Assembly: GCA_964016885.1 (NCBI GenBank)
Contig: OZ024741.1
Span: 55,118,001 to 55,182,000 of the forward strand
Direction: 5' to 3'
DNA: 64,000 nt
From: Eledone cirrhosa
Taxonomy: Eukaryota
Shown here: positions 55,790 to 64,000 of the stretch, in pieces
Layout of the letters: every line of letters starts with the position of its first letter
Numbering within the stretch: position 1 is the stretch's first letter
Translations under genes and position numbers: made by a program
The notes under the pieces: model-generated
Told to the model about the DNA's origin: nothing
Seen by the model: the letters and a program-made list of their open reading frames with translations, nothing else
Databases searched by the model: none

Positions 55790-58700
55790 TGAACAATAAA
55801 CCATAACAATAAAAACAATTCTACCAACCAAAAACAATAGCAATAACTAACAATAACAACAATAACAACTATCAATAACTAACAATAACAACAGTAACAA
55901 CTATCAATAACAAACAATAACAACAGTAACAACTATCAATAACTAATAATAACAACAGTAACAACTATCAATAACTAACAATAACAACAGTAACAACTAT
56001 CAATAACTAACTATAACAACAGTAACAACTATCAATAACTAACAATAACAACAGTAACAACTATCAATAACTAACAATAACAACAGTAACAACTATCAAT
56101 AACAAACAATAACAACAGTAACAACTATCAATAACTAATAATAACAACAGTAACAACTATCAATAACTAACAATAACAACAGTAACAACTATCAATAACT
56201 AACAATAACAACAGTAACAACTATCAATAACAAACAATAACAACAGTAACAACTATCAATAACTAATAATAACAACAGTAACAACTATCAATAACTAACA
56301 ATAACAACAGTAACAACTATCAATAACTAACAATAACAACAGTAACAACTATCAATAACAAACAATAACAACAGTAACAACTATCAATAACTAATAATAA
56401 CAACAGTAACAACTATCAATAACTAACAATAACAACAGTAACAACTATCAATAACTAACAATAACAACAGTAACAACTATCAATAACAAACAATAACAAC
56501 AGTAACAACTATCAATAACTAATAATAACAACAGTAACAACTATCAATAACTAACAATAACAACAGTAACAACTATCAATAACTAACAATAACAACAGTA
56601 ACATCTATCAATAACTAACAATAACAACAGTAACAACTATCAATAACTAACTATAACAACAGTAACAACTATCAATAACTAACAATAACAACAGTAACAA
56701 CTATCAATAACTAACAATAACAACAGAAACAACTATCAATAACAAACAATAACAACAGTAACAACTATCAATAACTAACAATAACAACAGTAACAACTAT
56801 CAATAACTAACAATAACAACAGTAACAACTATCAATAACAAACAATAACAACAGAAACAACTATCAATAACAAACAATAACGACAGTAACAACTATCAAT
56901 AATAAACAATAACAACAGTAACAACTATCAATAACGAACAATAACAACAGTAACAACTATCAATAACAAACAATAACAACAGTAACAACTATCGATAACA
57001 AACAATAACAACAGAAAAAACTATCAATAACAAACAATAACAACAATAACAAATAACAATAACAAACAATAACAACAGTAACAACTATCAATAACAAACA
57101 ATAACAACAGTAACAACTATCAATAATAAACAATAACAACAGTAACAACTATCAATAACGAACAATAACAACAGTAACAACTATCAATAACAAACAATAA
57201 CAACAATAACAACTATTAATAACTAACAATAACAACAGTAACAACTATCAATAACAAACAATAACAACAGTAACAACTATCAATAACAAACAATAACAAC
57301 AGTAACAACTATCAATAACAACAATAACAACAGTAACAACTAAGAATAACAAACAATAACAACAGTAACAAATATCAATAACAAACAATAACAACAGTAA
57401 CAACTATCAATAACAAACAATAACAGCAGTAACAACTATCAATAATAAACAATAACAACAGTAACAACTATCAATAACAACAATAACAACAGTAACAACT
57501 AAGAATAACAAACAATAACAACAGTAACAAATATCAATAACAAACAATAACAACAGTAACAACTATCAATAATAAACAATAACAACAGTAACAACTATCA
57601 ATAACGAACAATAACAACAGTAACAACTATCAATAACAAACAATAACAACAGTAACAACTATCAATAACAAAAATAACAACAGTAACAACTAACAATAAC
57701 TAACAATAACAACAGTAACAACTATCAATAACAAACAATAACAACAGTAACAACTATCAATAACAAACAATAACAACAGTAACAACTATCAATAACGACA
57801 ATAACAACAGTAACAACTAACAATAACAAACAATAACAACAGTAACAACTATCAATAACAAACAATAACAACAGTAACAACTATCAATAATAAACAATAA
57901 CAACAGTAACAACTATCAATAACGAACAATAACAACAGTAACAACTATCAATAACAAACAATAACAACAGAAACAACTATCAATAACAAACAATAACAAC
58001 AGTAACAACTATCAATAACAAACAATAACAACAGTAACAACTATCAATAACAAAAATAACAACAGTAACAACTATCAATAACAAACAATAACAACAGTAA
58101 CAACTATCAATAACAACAATAACAACAGTAACAACTATCAATAACAAACAATAACAACAGTAACAACTATCAATAACAAACAATAACAACAGTAACAACT
58201 ATCAATAACAAAAAATAACAACAGTAACAACTATCAATAACGACAATAACAACAGAAACAACTATCAATAACAAACAATAACAACAGTAACAACTATCAA
58301 TAACAACAATAACAACAGTAACAACTATCAATAACAAACAATAACAACAGTAACAAATATCAATAACTAACAATAATAAAAGTAACAACTATCAATAACA
58401 AACAATAACAACAGTAACAACTATCAATAACAAACAATAACAACAGTAACAACTATCAATAACAACAATAACAACAGTAACAACTATCAATAACAAACAA
58501 TAACAACAGTAACAAATATCAATAACTAACAATAATAAAAGTAACAACTATCAATAACAAACAATAACAACAGTAACAACTATCAATAACAAAAATAACA
58601 ACAGTAACAACTATCAATAACAACAATAACAACAGTAACAACTAAGAATAACAAACAATAACAACAGTAACAACTATCAATAACAAACAATAACAACAGA

Positions 58701-61700
58701 AAAAACTATCAATAACAAACAATAACAACAGTAACAACTATCAATAATAAACAATAACAACAGTAACAACTATCAATAACAAACAATAACAACAGTAACA
58801 TCTATCAATAACTAACAATAACAACAGTAACAACTATCAATAATAAACAATAACAACAGTAACAACTATCAATAACAAACAATAACAACAGTAACATCTA
58901 TCAATAACTAACAATAACAACAGTAACAACTATCAATAACAAACAATAACAACAGTAACATCTATCAATAACTAACAATAACAACAGTAACAACTATCAA
59001 TAACTAACAATAATAAAAGTAACAACTATCAATAACAAACAATAACAACAGTAACAACTATCAATAAGTAACAATAACAACAGTAACAAATATCAATAAC
59101 TAACAATAATAAAAGTAACAACTATCAATAACAAACAATAACAACAGAAACAAATATCAATAACAAACAATAACAACAGTAACAACTATCAATAACAAAC
59201 AATAACAACAGTAACAACTATCAATAACAAACAATAACAACAGAAACAACTATCAATAACAAACAATAACAACAGTAACAACTATCAATAACTAACAATA
59301 ACAACAGTAACAACTATCAATAACAAACAATAACAACAGTGACAACTATCAATAACAAACAATAACAACAGTAACAACTATCAATAACTAACAATAACAA
59401 CAGTAACAACTATCAATAACAAACAATAACAACAGAAACAACTATCAATAACAAACAATAACAACAGTAACAACTATCAATAACAAACAATAACAACAGT
59501 GACAACTATAAATAACTAACAATAACAACAGTAACAACTATCAATAACAAACAATAACAACAGAAACAACTATCAATAACAAACAATAACAACAGTAACA
59601 ACTATCAATAACAAACAATAACAACACTAAAAAATATCAATAACAAACAATAACAACAGTAACAACTATCAATAACAAACAATAACAACACTAACAAATA
59701 TCAATAACAAACAATAACAACAGTAACAAATATCAATAACAAACAATAACAACAGTAACAACTATCAATAACAAACAATAACAACAGTAACAAATATCAA
59801 TAACAATCGATAACAACAGTAACAACTATCAATAACAAACAATAACAACAGAAACAACTATCAATAACAAACAATAACAACAGTAACAACTATCAATAAC
59901 AAACAATAACAACAGAAACAACTATCAATAACAAACAATAACAACAGTAACAACTATCAATAACAAACAATAACAACAGAAACAACTATCAATAACAAAC
60001 AATAACAACAGAAACAACTATCAATAACAAACAATAACATCTATCAATAACAAACAATAACAACAGTAACAACTATCAATAACAAACAATAACAACAGAA
60101 ACAACAATCAATAACAAACAATAACAACAGTAACAACTAACAATAACAAACAATAACAACAGTAACAACTATCAATAACAAACAATAACAACAGTAACAA
60201 CTATCAATAACAAACAATAACAACAGTAACAACTATCAATAACAAACAATAACAACAGTAACAACTATCAATAACAAACAATAACAACAGTAACAACTAA
60301 CAATAACAAACAATAACAACAGTAACAACTATCAATAACAAACAATAACAACAGTAACAACTATCAATAACAAACAATAACAACAGTAACAACTATCAAT
60401 AACAAACAATAACAACAGTAACAACTATCAATAACAAACAATAACAACAGTAACAACTATCAATAACAAACAATAACAACAGTAACAACTATCAATAACT
60501 AACAATAACAACAGTAACAACTATCAATAACTAACAATAACAACAGTAACATCTATCAATAACTAACAATAACAACAGTAACAACTATCAATAACAAACA
60601 ATAACGACAGTAACAACTATCAATAACAACAATAACAACAGTAACAACTATCAATAACTAACAATAACAACAGTAACAACTATCAATAACAAACAATAAC
60701 GACAGTAACAACTATCAATAACAACAATAACAACAGTAACAACTATCAATAACTAACAATAACAACAGTAACATCTATCAATAACTAACAATAACAACAG
60801 TAACAACTATCAATAACAAACAATAACAACAGTAACAACTATCAATAACTAACAATAACAACAGTAACAACTATCAATAACTAACAATAACAACAGTAAC
60901 AACTATCAATAACAAACAATAACAACAGAAACAACTATCAATAACAAACAATAACGACAGTAACAACTATCAATAATAAACAATAACAACAGTAACAACT
61001 ATCAATAACGAACAATAACAACAGTAACAACTATCAATAACAAACAATAACAACAGTAACAACTATCGATAACAAACAATAACAACAGAAAAAACTATCA
61101 ATAACAAACAATAACAACAATAACAAATAACAATAACAAACAATAACAACAGTAACAACTATCAATAACAAACAATAACAACAGTAACAACTATCAATAA
61201 TAAACAATAACAACAGTAACAACTATCAATAACGAACAATAACAACAGTAACAACTATCAATAACAAACAATAACAACAATAACAACTATTAATAACTAA
61301 CAATAACAACAGTACAACTATCAATAACAAACAATAACAACAGTAACAACTATCAATAACAAACAATAACAACAGTAACAACTATCAATAACAACAATAA
61401 CAACAGTAACAACTAAGAATAACAAACAATAACAACAGTAACAAATATCAATAACAAACAATAACAACAGTAACAACTATCAATAACAAACAATAACAGC
61501 AGTAACAACTATCAATAATAAACAATAACAACAGTAACAACTATCAATAACAACAATAACAACAGTAACAACTAAGAATAATAAACAATAACAACAGTAA
61601 CAAATATCAATAACAAACAATAACAACAGTAACAACTATCAATAATAAACAATAACAACAGTAACAACTATCAATAACGAACAATAACAACAGTAACAAC

Positions 61701-64000
61701 TATCAATAACAAACAATAACAACAGTAACAACTATCAATAACAAAAATAACAACAGTAACAACTAACAATAACTAACAATAACAACAGTAACAACTATCA
61801 ATAACAAACAATAACAACAGTAACAACTATCAATAACAAACAATAACAACAGTAACAACTATCAATAACGACAATAACAACAGTAACAACTAACAATAAC
61901 AAACAATAACAACAGTAACAACTATCAATAACAAACAATAACAACAGTAACAACTATCAATAATAAACAATAACAACAGTAACAACTATCAATAACGAAC
62001 AATAACAACAGTAACAACTATCAATAACAAACAATAACAACAGAAACAACTATCAATAACAAACAATAACAACAGTAACAACTATCAATAACAAACAATA
62101 ACAACAGTAACAACTATCAATAACAAAAATAACAACAGTAACAACTATCAATAACAAACAATAACAACAGTAACAACTATCAATAACAACAATAACAACA
62201 GTAACAACTATCAATAACAAACAATAACAACAGTAACAACTATCAATAACAAACAATAACAACAGTAACAACTATCAATAACAAACAATAACAACAGTAA
62301 CAACTATCAATAACGACAATAACAACAGAAACAACTATCAATAACAAACAATAACAACAGTAACAACTATCAATAACAACAATAACAACAGTAACAACTA
62401 TCAATAACAAACAATAACAACAGTAACAAATATCAATAACTAACAATAATAAAAGTAACAACTATCAATAACAAACAATAACAACAGTAACAACTATCAA
62501 TAACAAACAATAACAACAGTAACAACTATCAATAACAACAATAACAACAGTAACAACTATCAATAACAAACAATAACAACAGTAACAAATATCAATAACT
62601 AACAATAATAAAAGTAACAACTATCAATAACAAACAATAACAACAGTAACAACTATCAATAACAAAAATAACAACAGTAACAACTATCAATAACAACAAT
62701 AACAACAGTAACAACTAAGAATAACAAACAATAACAACAGTAACAACTATCAATAACAAACAATAACAACAGAAAAAACTATCAATAACAAACAATAACA
62801 ACAGTAACAACTATCAATAATAAACAATAACAACAGTAACAACTATCAATAACAAACAATAACAACAGTAACATCTATCAATAACTAACAATAACAACAG
62901 TAACAACTATCAATAATAAACAATAACAACAGTAACAACTATCAATAACAAACAATAACAACAGTAACATCTATCAATAACTAACAATAACAACAGTAAC
63001 AACTATCAATAACAAACAATAACAACAGTAACATCTATCAATAACTAACAATAACAACAGTAACAACTATCAATAACTAACAATAATAAAAGTAACAACT
63101 ATCAATAACAAACAATAACAACAGTAACAACTATCAATAAGTAACAATAACAACAGTAACAAATATCAATAACTAACAATAATAAAAGTAACAACTATCA
63201 ATAACAAACAATAACAACAGAAACAACTATCAATAACAAACAATAACAACAGTAACAACTATCAATAACAAACAATAACAACAGTAACAACTATCAATAA
63301 CAAACAATAACAACAGAAACAACTATCAATAACAAACAATAACAACAGTAACAACTATCAATAACAAACAATAACAACAGTAACAACTATCAATAACAAA
63401 CAATAACAACAGTGACAACTATCAATAACTAACAATAACAACAGTAACAACTATCAATAACAAACAATAACAACAGAAACAACTATCAATAACAAACAAT
63501 AACAACAGTAACAACTATCAATAACAAACAATAACAACAGAAACAACTATCAATAACAAACAATAACAACAGAAACAACTATCAATAACAAACAATAACA
63601 ACTATCAATAACAAACAATAACAACAGTAACAACTATCAATAACAAACAATAACAACAGAAACAACAATCAATAACAAACAATAACAACAGTAACAACTA
63701 ACAATAACAAACAATAACAACAGTAACAACTATCAAAAACAAACAATAACAACAGTAACAACTATCAATAACAAACAATAACAACAGTAACAACTATCAA
63801 TAACAAACAATAACAACAGTAACAACTATCAATAACAAACAATAACAACAGTAACAACTATCAATAACAAACAATAACAACAGTAACAACTAACAATAAC
63901 AAACAATAACAACAGTAACAACTATCAATAACAAACAATAACAACAGTAACAACTATCAATAACAAACAATAACAACAGTAACAACTATCAATAACAAAC
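55790..64000 (+). repeat. 32-bp satellite array (>8 kb, runs off window end) with ~4.07-kb higher-order duplication
   Basis: Unit AACAATAACAACAGTAACAACTATCAATAAC(T/A). The same rare variants recur at offset 4073-4074 (ORF-track pairs 56960/61034, 57980/62053, 58170/62243). Confidence 0.95.

Overview
AT-rich, microsatellite-dense eukaryotic DNA made almost entirely of transposable elements and tandem repeats. I found no host gene. The SINE types and repeat landscape suggest a mollusc, probably an octopus or other cephalopod (inference). Contents: (1) at least five Penelope-like retroelement (PLE; RT plus C-terminal GIY-YIG) insertions, mostly flanked by (TA)n, several with 5'-inverted copies of their 3' ends and minimal type-I hammerhead ribozymes (HHR); (2) two CR1-type LINE fragments, two Tx1/L1 fragments, an RTE fragment and three head-to-tail R4/Dong-type retrotransposons at (TAA)n; (3) tRNA-derived SINEs, two Helitron-like elements and a MITE; (4) a 37-bp minisatellite born inside an RTE endonuclease and a 32-bp satellite with a ~4.07-kb higher-order repeat. 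The top finding is a ~295-bp hairpin (11769-12062) in the 3' UTR of a PLE with an uninterrupted ORF. Relative to unedited copies in the same window it carries 32 A-to-G changes, on the same strand in both arms, none in the loop or tail, and none after a G. This reads as ADAR A-to-I hyper-editing of a retroelement RNA written back into the genome, and the edits destroy the core of an internal hammerhead (GAAA to GAGG). All alignments, counts and folds were done by eye.
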